IMG/VR virus record: IMGVR_UViG_2889736374_000001
Location: 1 to 64,000 of that record
Source of the DNA: a virus
Taxonomy: Duplodnaviria > Caudoviricetes
Direction: 5' to 3' (one strand)
DNA length: 64,000 bases
The first letter of the stretch is position 1. Each line of letters begins with the position of its first letter. The notes below the pieces were generated by a model. That model worked only from the letters and a program-made list of their open reading frames with translations, was not told the origin of the DNA and did not search any database. This document shows, piece by piece, positions 1 to 8,489 of this stretch. The position numbers and the translations under genes were made by a program.

Positions 1-252
1 ATGAGGCCTTCACCAGAAGAATCCCTTGACGAACTCGCGCGCGCGCTGGCCGCCGAGGGGCCGCTCGACGTACCCGCCTGCCGACGCTTGGCGCTGCGCG
101 CCACGTGGGCGATCGATAGCCCCGGCGACGCCGCCTATCTGAATGAGAGCCTTTGTGCGGCCATCGACAGGCACGCCGAGGATCCTGCCGAGGCCCGCGA
201 GCGTCTTGAGCTGCTGCGCCCGGCCATCGAGATCATGTCCGGTCGGACGTGA
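1..252 (+). CDS. Hypothetical protein (may be 5'-truncated by the window)
   Basis: 83-aa ORF converging on the end of the lysis region. Confidence 0.45.
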   Translation: MRPSPEESLDELARALAAEGPLDVPACRRLALRATWAIDSPGDAAYLNESLCAAIDRHAEDPAEARERLELLRPAIEIMSGRT

Positions 253-523
253 CGATCCGCAGGTCCTTCGGTTTCGCGAAATCCCACGCCTCTTCGACGT
301 GGCGCGCCGCTTCCCGCGGCGTCGCCACATAACCGTGGGTGATTCGGCCCTGGCGATCCATGTCGGGGCCGTGCGCATACATTGACCAGCGCCAGCCGTC
401 CTCGCTCATCTCGTTGGCCAGATAGATGCGCCCCACATTCCGCTCGCCAACCCAGCAGCAGAAATCCTGCTCGTTGGCGAAGCCTGTGTGGCGCCAGCGA
501 TATTTCGGCTGATACTCGCTCAT
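233..523 (-). CDS. Hypothetical phage protein
   Basis: ATG at 523 (MSEYQPKYRW...), protein-like composition, lies beyond the terminator at 553-587. Confidence 0.55.
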   Translation of the reverse strand: MSEYQPKYRWRHTGFANEQDFCCWVGERNVGRIYLANEMSEDGWRWSMYAHGPDMDRQGRITHGYVATPREAARHVEEAWDFAKPKDLRIVTSDRT

Positions 524-552
524 GGCCACGATGTAGAGCAGCACCCCAAACG

Positions 553-587
553 AAAAAAGCACCGCCAGCCGGGCGGCTGGCGGGGCG
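553..587 (-). terminator. Intrinsic terminator ending the late/lysis operon
   Basis: GC stem CCGCCAGCC/GGCTGGCGG followed by a T-run on the minus strand. Confidence 0.75.
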
Positions 588-589
588 TG

Positions 590-892
590 TCATTCTCCGG
601 GTTTTTTCCGCGCCCGGGTGGATTGCGGCTGCTTGAGGTGCTCGACGATCTCCTCGAGCGTCCCCTGCATGTCCGCCTGGCGCTTGTCGGACATCGCCTC
701 GAGCGCCTTGGCGATGCGCGAGAGATAGCTGAGCCCGCGCTCCATCTGGTCGCGATCGAGCGCCAGCCCCATGGCGGTGATGTGGGCCTGGCTGTTGGCA
801 CCCGGCCGTGTGGAAAGGTAGCGGCCGACCGCCGCCAGCAGAAGCACGCCGCCATAAAGCGCGGCAATCCAGATCTCAGCCCCCAGGTTCAT
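590..892 (-). CDS. Membrane-anchored lysis-region protein
   Basis: N-terminal hydrophobic helix and helical C-terminus; overlaps the upstream gene. Confidence 0.6.
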   Translation of the reverse strand: MNLGAEIWIAALYGGVLLLAAVGRYLSTRPGANSQAHITAMGLALDRDQMERGLSYLSRIAKALEAMSDKRQADMQGTLEEIVEHLKQPQSTRARKKPGE

Positions 893-1334
893 GTCTCTTC
901 GCCCGCTTTCCCGCCGCATCGGAAATGGCCGCTTCCCCCATCGCGCGGATCACATTGTAGGAATCGAGCAAGAGCAGGACGGGATAGACCGCAAGGCCTG
1001 TGCTCCACGTCCCCGCCTGGAGGAAGCCGATTGATATCTGGAACCAGAAGAAACACGTCACGAAAGCACCGGCCGCCCGCATGTGAGGCGAGCGCCGCCA
1101 GGCGCCGTTGATGGCCAGCACCAGAAGCCGGCCCCCGCCGGCAACCATGCAGAAGATCGACCAGTTCTCCGGATAGGCAAGGCCCGCCAGCGGCCGATAG
1201 GAGGGTGAGGAGAAGAGCAGCGGGTTGAGGAGCAGGATGATCCCCCAGTTGAGCAGGATCAGCGAGAGCGCCCACTCCGAGGCGCGGCCGGGAAAGGTCT
1301 CCCGCAGGGATTTGGTGATGTGGGCAAAGATCAT
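876..1334 (-). CDS. Multi-pass membrane protein (holin-like or lysis accessory)
   Basis: About four hydrophobic segments; lysis cassette position. Confidence 0.65.
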   Translation of the reverse strand: MIFAHITKSLRETFPGRASEWALSLILLNWGIILLLNPLLFSSPSYRPLAGLAYPENWSIFCMVAGGGRLLVLAINGAWRRSPHMRAAGAFVTCFFWFQISIGFLQAGTWSTGLAVYPVLLLLDSYNVIRAMGEAAISDAAGKRAKRHEPGG

Positions 1335-1462
1335 GGGCACAACTCCATACAGGCCAGGATCGGCGCCGGCCGCGCCTCGCCAGTTGCGAGCATCATCGCC
1401 AGGGCGACCAGCCCGACGCCGGCCAGGGCCGCCGCCATGATGCGCCAGGGGCTATCGTTCAT
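1331..1462 (-). CDS. Small single-TM protein
   Basis: MNDSPWRIMAAALAGVGLVALAMML...; overlaps neighbouring stop/start codons. Confidence 0.5.
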   Translation of the reverse strand: MNDSPWRIMAAALAGVGLVALAMMLATGEARPAPILACMELCP

Positions 1463-1637
1463 GGCAATAGGCGCGCCGCGCCGCGTTGCTCGCGACGATC
1501 TCGACGCGCGTCTGCTCGGTGTCGTTGACGCTCGAGGAAATGGGCTGCCAGACCGCGCAGGCGCCGCTAGTCGTCGCGGGTCCACTCGTCTGACAGTTCG
1601 CCAGCACGAGCGCGCCGCTCAGCATCGCTGCGAGCAT
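1452..1637 (-). CDS. Putative o-spanin (Rz1-like lipoprotein)
   Basis: Lipobox LANC; overlaps the i-spanin candidate in another frame. Confidence 0.65.
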   Translation of the reverse strand: MLAAMLSGALVLANCQTSGPATTSGACAVWQPISSSVNDTEQTRVEIVASNAARRAYCHER

Positions 1638-1818
1638 CGGCAGCCTTGCGGGTGCGGGAAAGTTCGCGTTCATGGGCTTCGGCCTCCTTTGCCTTGGCTG
1701 TGTCGAGGCCGGCACGCCGGCCCCGGAGAAATGCGGCGACGATTCCGGCAAGCCAGGTGGCGACCAGGGCCAGGCCTGCCGTGACGCCGCCACCGGGGAT
1801 GAGGTTCAGAAGATCCAT
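1567..1818 (-). CDS. Putative i-spanin (Rz-like)
   Basis: N-terminal TM plus Ala-rich coiled coil, downstream of holin/endolysin. Confidence 0.65.
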   Translation of the reverse strand: MDLLNLIPGGGVTAGLALVATWLAGIVAAFLRGRRAGLDTAKAKEAEAHERELSRTRKAADARSDAERRARAGELSDEWTRDD

Positions 1819-2105
1819 GACACGCCGGCCACGATCAGGGTCAGCAGCGCGACAATGGCGAGCCCGCACAGGATCCAGTGCCACCATCGCCAGAGCGAAT
1901 CGCCCTCCGCGTTCGGCTGCGCGACCATGAACACGGCCGGAATGCCGACCTGCATCAGGAAGTCGACGATCGCCTCCTGCAGATCGCCCAGAGGCAGGCC
2001 ATAGAAGGCCAGATCGGACGGGGTCAGGCCGACTCTCGACAGGATCAGCATGATGATGCCGGTCACCAGCATGGTGATCAGCTTGCGGTAGTGCGCGAGT
2101 TGCAT
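1806..2105 (-). CDS. Putative holin
   Basis: 99 aa, about three hydrophobic segments, follows endolysin; RBS GGGAGA. Confidence 0.65.
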   Translation of the reverse strand: MQLAHYRKLITMLVTGIIMLILSRVGLTPSDLAFYGLPLGDLQEAIVDFLMQVGIPAVFMVAQPNAEGDSLWRWWHWILCGLAIVALLTLIVAGVSWIF

Positions 2106-2119
2106 GTGTCTTCTCCCCT

Positions 2120-3034
2120 TCAGGTCCGCACGCGGCGGCCGATGACGATGCCCCGGTCCTCGAACCAGTCCTTCACGCCTTCGGGCGCCCACGCGAAGAG
2201 CGGCCCACGGAAGCGCCAGACGAGGAACAGGGCGATGATGATGAGGGCGGCCGAGATGCCGAGGCCGAGCGCCCAGAGCGCCGTCTCGGTCGTCGCCTCG
2301 CCGGAGGTCGCGATCTCGCCGCCACCGCCGGCCACGCCGCCCGCCGCCCCGCCGGAGCCCGCCGCCCGATTCTGTGCGTGCAGGTCGAGCGCGCGCTTGA
2401 AGGCTGCGCGGGTGGCCGGGCCGATCTTGGCATCGACGGTGAGACCGTGGTCGCGCTGGAAGGCGCGCACCGCCTTGGCCAGGCCTTCGGCACCCGTCGT
2501 GTCGTAGCCGAGCCTGATCAGCGCATCGCGGTAGTCCTCGTGCGACGAGAGCGAGGCGGGTGCAGCGGCCGCCTTGCCGGCCGGGTAGTGGCCGTGCTCG
2601 ATCATGTCCCATTCCACGTCGCGCCGGCGCACCAGACCTGGCAGCACGCGCCCGCCGCCGCGGGTCCAGCTCTTGAAGGATTGCGCGGCCTCGCGGGCAC
2701 GACCGGCCAGCCAGTGGCCGACCCAGGAGGCGTTGTGGATGCGCCCGGTATTGAAGTCGAACAGGGTCGAGCCGTCGAACTCGCCCTGGCGCCGGTCGAG
2801 ACCGGCGCGCTTCACCCGCGGCATGTAGTTGCGGTCGAGCGCTAGATGCAGGAGGCGCCGGCTTTCCTCACGCGTGATGGTCATGCCGGGCTTGGGATCG
2901 ACCACGCCGGAGGCGCGCGTGAGGCCCACGCCGATCGTGCGCACACCGGCCGGGCAGACATAGCTGCGCAGCACTTCGCCTTCTTCGGCCACAAGCACAG
3001 CTTCGCCGGCGGCCGACAATCTGGTTATCGACAT
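2120..3034 (-). CDS. Endolysin: GH24 lysozyme, peptidoglycan-binding domain, C-terminal TM
   Basis: EEGEVLRSYVCPAGVRTIGVG, FNTG, LPGLVRRR motifs; AVRAFQRDHGLTVDAKIGPAT PG-binding motif. Confidence 0.9.
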   Translation of the reverse strand: MSITRLSAAGEAVLVAEEGEVLRSYVCPAGVRTIGVGLTRASGVVDPKPGMTITREESRRLLHLALDRNYMPRVKRAGLDRRQGEFDGSTLFDFNTGRIHNASWVGHWLAGRAREAAQSFKSWTRGGGRVLPGLVRRRDVEWDMIEHGHYPAGKAAAAPASLSSHEDYRDALIRLGYDTTGAEGLAKAVRAFQRDHGLTVDAKIGPATRAAFKRALDLHAQNRAAGSGGAAGGVAGGGGEIATSGEATTETALWALGLGISAALIIIALFLVWRFRGPLFAWAPEGVKDWFEDRGIVIGRRVRT

Positions 3035-3068
3035 CGTTCTTCTCCGTTGATGGTCGCTTGAAGGGCCT

Positions 3069-4091
3069 TCAGCCCCGATCGTCCTTGCCGGCCCCGCCCT
3101 GGGGCCGCTTGATATCGAGGCTCGTGGTCGAACCGCCATTGCGGCTGGCGCGGTGCGTGACCGAGGCGATGCGATAGGTGCCATCGACGGCCGGGCGCGC
3201 GCCCGTCAGCACGAAACTTCCCTCGGCCTGCGCCTCCGGCACGAGATCGAGTTCGACGCTGCCCTCCCCACCCTCTCGCTCGGCCTCGGCCTTGCGGGCC
3301 GCGCCCGCCTCTTCCGCCTGGTCCTCGTCATGGACGGTGGAGCGCAGCACGTTGACCGATTCCGGAAGGTCGCGGTCGAGAGCGAAGGTGACCTCCCTTT
3401 CGCGGAAGGTGGCGCTTTCGCGGTCGAACCAGCGCGCCCGGGCGCTGGTGAAGACGCGGCGCCCCGTATAGGGCGCGATGTCCCACGAGATCACGTTGCG
3501 GCCCACAACGCCCTCGACCACGGGCAGCGGCTCATCATGCTCGCGCGGCGCGAGCACGGCCATGTCGCCCGCGTCGGTGGCGCGGATCTTGAAGGTGGCG
3601 GCGAGTTCGCGCGCCAGGCGCTGGCCGAGATGGAGGAAGCTTTCACCGTCGGCCGCCCAATAGCCGCGCCGGATGGCGCCCAGCCGGCCCAGCACCCGCA
3701 CGCCGGCAAGCCCGGCCCTCTCGGCAGCCGTCTGGAGAAACTCCTCAAGGCTGGCATCGTCCTTGTGGAAGGCCTGCGGTTCCTTGATCCGGCCGCGGCT
3801 GTCCATGCCCTTGGCCGAGACCTGAAGCACCATGCCGCGACCGCGCGAGCCGGATGACCGAACCGTGTCCACGGTACCGAAGAAGACCTGGACGCCCTGC
3901 AGAAGCACCCGCACCTTGGCCCCATCGGGCGGCAGGAGAACCTGCCCGCCCGCATCGTCGAACCGGAGCGAACAGGTGTCGGAAGAAGTCCCGTCCTTGT
4001 CGGTCACATCGATATCCATGAGGAAGGGCGCCATCACCGAGCTCATGTCGCGCCCGTCGATGAAGACCTGCCAGTTCACTTTCCACGGCAT
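3069..4091 (-). CDS. Phage late control D family protein (baseplate hub)
   Basis: P2 gpD-like sequence and position after tail X. Confidence 0.85.
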   Translation of the reverse strand: MPWKVNWQVFIDGRDMSSVMAPFLMDIDVTDKDGTSSDTCSLRFDDAGGQVLLPPDGAKVRVLLQGVQVFFGTVDTVRSSGSRGRGMVLQVSAKGMDSRGRIKEPQAFHKDDASLEEFLQTAAERAGLAGVRVLGRLGAIRRGYWAADGESFLHLGQRLARELAATFKIRATDAGDMAVLAPREHDEPLPVVEGVVGRNVISWDIAPYTGRRVFTSARARWFDRESATFREREVTFALDRDLPESVNVLRSTVHDEDQAEEAGAARKAEAEREGGEGSVELDLVPEAQAEGSFVLTGARPAVDGTYRIASVTHRASRNGGSTTSLDIKRPQGGAGKDDRG

Positions 4092-4095
4092 CGGC

Positions 4096-4317
4096 TCACC
4101 CAAACAAACTGATTACCGGGCGCGGCGCCGGTGCCGTCTCGGCCGGAAGTGCCGGCAGGAGGACGACGGTGCCGATCGGCAGCTCCGCGCCGGCATCGGC
4201 CAGCCCGGCATTGGCGGCGAGCGCCGCCTCGACCAGCCCGCGCCCGCGCACGCCGTGCAGGCGCCACAGGATCAGGTCGAGCGTGATGCCCTCGCCTTGA
4301 ACGACCATACGTTCCAT
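4096..4317 (-). CDS. Tail protein X (LysM-like)
   Basis: TLDLILWRLHG...ANAGLA...LPIGTVVLLP motif. Confidence 0.85.
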   Translation of the reverse strand: MERMVVQGEGITLDLILWRLHGVRGRGLVEAALAANAGLADAGAELPIGTVVLLPALPAETAPAPRPVISLFG

Positions 4318-4318
4318 G

Positions 4319-4756
4319 TCAGCGCTCCAGCCCGAACAGGGCCAGAAGCCCGAAAATGATCTGCTGGCCGGCGCCGGCATCCGGCTGCACCTTTTCCATG
4401 GCGATGGAATGCGAGACCACATGGCCGACGCCGGTGCGGTCGAGATGGCGGTGGCTCTCCTTGATGCTGGTGATGGCGAACCAGCCGAGCCGCTGCCCGT
4501 CGCCCCGGTGCAGGGGAAATCGCGTGCCCTGCCGGCGCATCTGGTGCGCGAATTCCAGCTCGGTCAGCCCGCCCGTCTTGAAGGGCAGCAGCTGCCCGGT
4601 GAGCGTGATGCGGTCGTCGCCCTCGCCCATGAATTCCTTGCCGGGCAGTGTGCCGATCAGCGGTTTGGAGGCGATGTCGGCGCCGGCCTGGCGCGTCACC
4701 TCGTTGACGCTGAAGGGGCGCGTGTCCAGTGTCAGCGTGCCGATCATGTAGAGCAT
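4319..4756 (-). CDS. P2 gpU-like tail protein
   Basis: EFMGEGDDRITLTG motif; between tape measure and X. Confidence 0.85.
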   Translation of the reverse strand: MLYMIGTLTLDTRPFSVNEVTRQAGADIASKPLIGTLPGKEFMGEGDDRITLTGQLLPFKTGGLTELEFAHQMRRQGTRFPLHRGDGQRLGWFAITSIKESHRHLDRTGVGHVVSHSIAMEKVQPDAGAGQQIIFGLLALFGLER

Positions 4757-7071
4757 CAGGCGGTCCCCCATTCGCTGTCGGCCTGGAGGCCGGCGATCTC
4801 GGCGCGCAGCTGCCGGTCGACCTCGCGCACGAGATCGCGCGCGATGGCGCGCGGATCGCTCACCCCCTGGATGACGATGTCGCCGAAGCTGATGGCGATG
4901 TCGCGCCCGCCCGCCGATCCCGGCCGGCCGCCCTCGCGTCGCATCATGTCGCGGCTGGCACCTGCATCGTGCACATAGCCGTCGCTGCCGGCGGTGATGA
5001 TTTCGGGACCTTCCTCGCCGACCAGATAGGCGCGCCCGCGCGTGATCGGCCCGCCGGCAGCACGCGCGCCGTCCACGGCCGGACCGCCGCCGCCCAGCCA
5101 GGACGGCATGGACGGCCATCGGATGATGCCGGACAGGTCGATCGAGCCGATGGCGGCGATGATGCGGCCGGGGAGTTCGCGGAACCAGGCCAGCACCTCG
5201 TCGAACTTTGCCTTGATCCCGTCCCACATTGCCTGGATCAGGGCCGTGCCGGCCTCGTAGAGCGCGACGCCGCCAGCAGCCAGCGCGCCGGCGATGCGTC
5301 CGGGAAGATCGGCCACATATTGCAGCACCCCGCCCACGGCCTGACCGACGGCGGTGCCCCAGCCGCGCCAGTCTTCCGCGCTGGCGTCGATCGGCCCGGT
5401 CATCTCGCCGAACCAGCCGATCAGGGTCGATACCGAAGACGAGATGCCGTCGATGATGGCGCCCGCGGCCGGGAACGCCTCGCTTATGCCTTCCGCGATG
5501 CCGGCGAACATCTCGCCCAGCCCCTGCCAGTTCTGCCAGATCCAGGCGCCAGCCATGGCGATGCCGACCACAATGGCACCGATACCGGTCGAGATCAGCG
5601 CGACGCGCAGCGCGAGCATCGCCGCGCGCACGAGCCGGATCGGGTTGAGCAGGGCCAGCATGCTGGCGCCCATGGCCGACAGGGCCCCGCCATGGCCCGC
5701 GATGGCCGCGGCTGCCGTGTAGCCGACCATGGCCGTCCGCGCGCCCCTGAGCGCCGCCGTGAACGGCAGGAAGGCCAGCTGCGTTGCCCACAACGCACCC
5801 TGCAATGTGCGCATGGACAGGATCGCGGCCGAGATCGCCCCGCCCTTCATCCACAGGAAGGCGAATTGTGCCGCCACCACGGCCACCCGCAGCGCGACAA
5901 GGGCGGAAACCAGCCCGACGATCGTCGCGGTCAGCCGCGGGTTGGCCTCGGCGAAGGCGGCGATCGGCCCCAGGAGCGCGATCATCGTGCGGCCCATATC
6001 GGTCATGGCCGGCAGGAGAGCGGTGCCGATGGCGATCTGCACACCTTCGACGACCGACCAGAACTCCTTCATCATGCCGTTGAAGCCGGCCATCTGGACA
6101 TTGGAGATGCGCTCGGCCGTACCGCCCGAATTGCGCAGCTCCTCGTCGAGCTCGCGCAGCGCGTCGGAGCCCTGCCCGACCAGGGCGGCCATGGCGGGGC
6201 CGGCACGCTGGCCGAAGAGCTGCATCATCAGGCCTGCGTCCTCGGCATGCGGCTCGAGCTGTTCGATGATATCGGCGAAGGGCAGGAGACGGCCACGCGC
6301 GTCGGTGAACGACAGGCCGGCTTCCTGCATGGCGGAGGCCACGCCGCTGGTCGGGTTGAGAATGCGCGTCAGCGCACCGCGCAGCGAGGTGCCGGCCATC
6401 GACCCCTGGATGCCGGCATTACCCATCAGCGAGATGGCGGCGGCCGTCTCCTCGAAGCGCACGCCGGCCGCCGATGCGATCGGGCCGGCATATTTCATGG
6501 CCTCGGCAAGCTGTGAGAGATCGGTATTGGCCGAGGTGAAGGCCTTCACCAGCACGTCGTTGACATGCGCCAGCTCGGAGACGTCCTTGCCGTAGCCGGT
6601 GAGGATGTTGGAAACGACATCCGCCGTCTGCGCCAGGTCCATCTGCGCGGCCGAAGCCAGCTGCAGCGTGCCGGGCATGGCGCCCAGGATCTCGTTGGCC
6701 TTGAAGCCGGCCATGGCGAGAAAGCCCATGGCGTCGCCCGCCTGGCTGGCGGTGAACTGGGTCGAGCGGCCGAGTTCCAATGCCTGCTGGCGCAGCTGGT
6801 CGAACTGCTCGCCACTGGCCCCCGACAGCGCGGTGACGCGGTTCATCGCGGTTTCGAAATCGGCGGCAGCACGCACCGGCGCGCCGACCGAGCGCGCCAT
6901 CGCATAGGCCATGGCCGCCGCGTCGACCATGCGGCCGCGCATTTCGTCCATGCGGGCATTGTTGCGCCGCTGCGCATCCTGCAGCCGGTCGACCGTGGCG
7001 GCGATCCCGCGCGCGGGAGCCGTCACCCTGTCGATCAGCGACACGATGAGCTGGGAAGTCAGCGTGGCCAT
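4756..7071 (-). CDS. Tail tape measure protein
   Basis: TP901-type core (TQFTASQAGDAMGFLAMAG, GIQGSMAGTSLR). Confidence 0.92.
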   Translation of the reverse strand: MATLTSQLIVSLIDRVTAPARGIAATVDRLQDAQRRNNARMDEMRGRMVDAAAMAYAMARSVGAPVRAAADFETAMNRVTALSGASGEQFDQLRQQALELGRSTQFTASQAGDAMGFLAMAGFKANEILGAMPGTLQLASAAQMDLAQTADVVSNILTGYGKDVSELAHVNDVLVKAFTSANTDLSQLAEAMKYAGPIASAAGVRFEETAAAISLMGNAGIQGSMAGTSLRGALTRILNPTSGVASAMQEAGLSFTDARGRLLPFADIIEQLEPHAEDAGLMMQLFGQRAGPAMAALVGQGSDALRELDEELRNSGGTAERISNVQMAGFNGMMKEFWSVVEGVQIAIGTALLPAMTDMGRTMIALLGPIAAFAEANPRLTATIVGLVSALVALRVAVVAAQFAFLWMKGGAISAAILSMRTLQGALWATQLAFLPFTAALRGARTAMVGYTAAAAIAGHGGALSAMGASMLALLNPIRLVRAAMLALRVALISTGIGAIVVGIAMAGAWIWQNWQGLGEMFAGIAEGISEAFPAAGAIIDGISSSVSTLIGWFGEMTGPIDASAEDWRGWGTAVGQAVGGVLQYVADLPGRIAGALAAGGVALYEAGTALIQAMWDGIKAKFDEVLAWFRELPGRIIAAIGSIDLSGIIRWPSMPSWLGGGGPAVDGARAAGGPITRGRAYLVGEEGPEIITAGSDGYVHDAGASRDMMRREGGRPGSAGGRDIAISFGDIVIQGVSDPRAIARDLVREVDRQLRAEIAGLQADSEWGTA

Positions 7072-7109
7072 GGAAGCCTCAATTTGTGATGAAAGAACCG
7101 CCGGAGGCG

Positions 7110-7191
7110 GCAAGCCCGACCGGGCGTCGGGCCGCATGGCCCGCCCGCCGGAGCGCCAGCGGGCAAGGCCCGCGATGCGGCGCGTGAGGCA
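7110..7191. repeat. Palindromic REP/RIME-like element, copy 1
   Basis: 74/83 identical by manual alignment to 41775-41857; nested hairpins; ends CGTGAGGCA. Confidence 0.8.
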
Positions 7192-7200
7192 AAAGAACGG

Positions 7201-7449
7201 TCAGCGCTTGCGCCGACCGTTTTCCGCTTTCAGGACGCGGGTGAGCGAGGCGGAATAGTCGATCAGCTTGTCGACATCCCATTCCTCGATCTGGTCGAGC
7301 GGTGTATGGACGTGGCGCGCGGTGCCGACGATCAGGTCCCGCCAGCGGACGCCGCCTCCTTCGCGGCCATCCGCGACATCGCCTCCGCCGCCTCCCTCGC
7401 CTCCGCTGCCGCCAGCGCCTTCCGGCGGGCAGCCACCGCGGACTTTCCC
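7201..7449 (-). CDS. -1 frameshift extension of the tail assembly chaperone (gpGT / gpE+E'-like)
   Basis: Slippery G GGA AAG at 7449-7443; the -1 frame is open to TGA at 7201 (...WRDLIVGTARHVHTPLDQIEEWDVDKLIDY...). Confidence 0.8.
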   Translation of the reverse strand, partial: GKVRGGCPPEGAGGSGGEGGGGGDVADGREGGGVRWRDLIVGTARHVHTPLDQIEEWDVDKLIDYSASLTRVLKAENGRRKR

Positions 7450-7694
7450 ATGAGGGGAACGATCCTCTCTCCGATCTGCTCGAGATCCTCGACGTCCAGT
7501 TCCTCGATAAGCGCGAGATCGACGCCGGCCAGCGCGGCGAAGAGCATGTAGCCAGCGCGCGTCTGGTTCTTCTCGGCTTCGGCCACAAGCGTGTCCTTGG
7601 CCTTCATGCGACGGAAGGTAAGCTCCTTCACCTCACGCCCCTCATAGGGGACGGGGAAAGCGAGCGGAACGGTAACGGAAGTGGGATTGCTCAT
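7332..7694 (-). CDS. Tail assembly chaperone (gpE/gp41-like)
   Basis: Between tube and tape measure; LTFRRMKAKD...IEELDVED pattern. Confidence 0.85.
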   Translation of the reverse strand: MSNPTSVTVPLAFPVPYEGREVKELTFRRMKAKDTLVAEAEKNQTRAGYMLFAALAGVDLALIEELDVEDLEQIGERIVPLMGKSAVAARRKALAAAEAREAAEAMSRMAAKEAASAGGT

Positions 7695-7745
7695 GGCAAC
7701 GAACCTTCATGATGTGTGTTGAAAACGGAACAGAATGGCCGCAAG

Positions 7746-7828
7746 CCAAGCCCGCGACTGCGGGCCGCCGGCCGTCCGGCGCGCCCGCGCAGGGCCAGCC
7801 GCAAAGCGGCGGTGCGGCCCGTGAGCGA
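7746..7828. repeat. Palindromic REP/RIME-like element, copy 2 (divergent)
   Basis: CAAGCCCG start, nested hairpins, CGTGAGCGA end; same layout as copy 1. Confidence 0.65.
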
Positions 7829-7830
7829 TA

Positions 7831-8343
7831 TCAAGCCCCCAGCGCGCGCCTGTCGGCGGCGAAGAGGTCCTCGCCGTTGCGGCGCATGATCCGCTCCCAG
7901 AAGTCGATGTAGAAGAGCTCCTGCCCGTTCAGCGAGAACTCGAAATGCGTGACTTCCTTGAGCGCGTGGGTGCAGCCGACAAACTCTTCCGGGCTCGCCT
8001 CGTCGGGTTCCCATTCGGTGATGGACCCTTCGATGATGGCGCGGGCGGGCACGGCAATGCCGGTCTTCTTGTCGCGCACCGCGCCGGCGAAGGTCCACCG
8101 CTCGGGCATGCCCAGGCCGCGGAAGATGTCGGTGTCGAAACCCTTGATCTCCATCGCGGGTTCGATCGGCTCCACGCGCGGCAGCGTGAAGTCGACGGCC
8201 ATCACGCCGCCACCCGGATTGTGGCTGGCGGTCATGAACTTGATGGCCGGGATGGTCAGTTTGGAGATCGTCGTGGCGCGCGAGGAATCGGGCTCGTTGG
8301 CCCGGCGCACGTCGACGGCGGTCAGCATGTAAAGCGGCTGCAT
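7831..8343 (-). CDS. Major tail tube protein (FII-like)
   Basis: 170 aa, directly after the sheath; C-terminal NGEDL motif. Confidence 0.88.
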   Translation of the reverse strand: MQPLYMLTAVDVRRANEPDSSRATTISKLTIPAIKFMTASHNPGGGVMAVDFTLPRVEPIEPAMEIKGFDTDIFRGLGMPERWTFAGAVRDKKTGIAVPARAIIEGSITEWEPDEASPEEFVGCTHALKEVTHFEFSLNGQELFYIDFWERIMRRNGEDLFAADRRALGA

Positions 8344-8389
8344 GGCAGTGCCCTTTCAGGAGATTGAGATTGTGTCGATGAACGGCCGC

Positions 8390-8475
8390 CAGGCCGAGCG
8401 TTCGACCGGACGCCGCGCATCGTTGCGCGCCCGGCCGGAGGGCGGGCTGCGAAGCAGCCGAACGCCCGTGAGGCA
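8390..8475. repeat. Palindromic REP/RIME-like element, copy 3 (divergent)
   Basis: CGCCC..AGGGCG-GGCTGC GAA GCAGCC-..CGCCCGTGAGGCA. Confidence 0.65.
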
Positions 8476-8489
8476 GTGAAAAACTTCCC

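Noticed and set aside
525-560. Possible alphaproteobacterial LexA box upstream of the 233-523 gene
   Set aside because: GCAC-N7-GAAA has two mismatches to GAAC-N7-GAAC and overlaps a terminator tail
7081-7200. Hammerhead or other self-cleaving ribozyme reading of the palindromic repeats
   Set aside because: The CUGANGA...GAAA core is not present in the required arrangement in any copy
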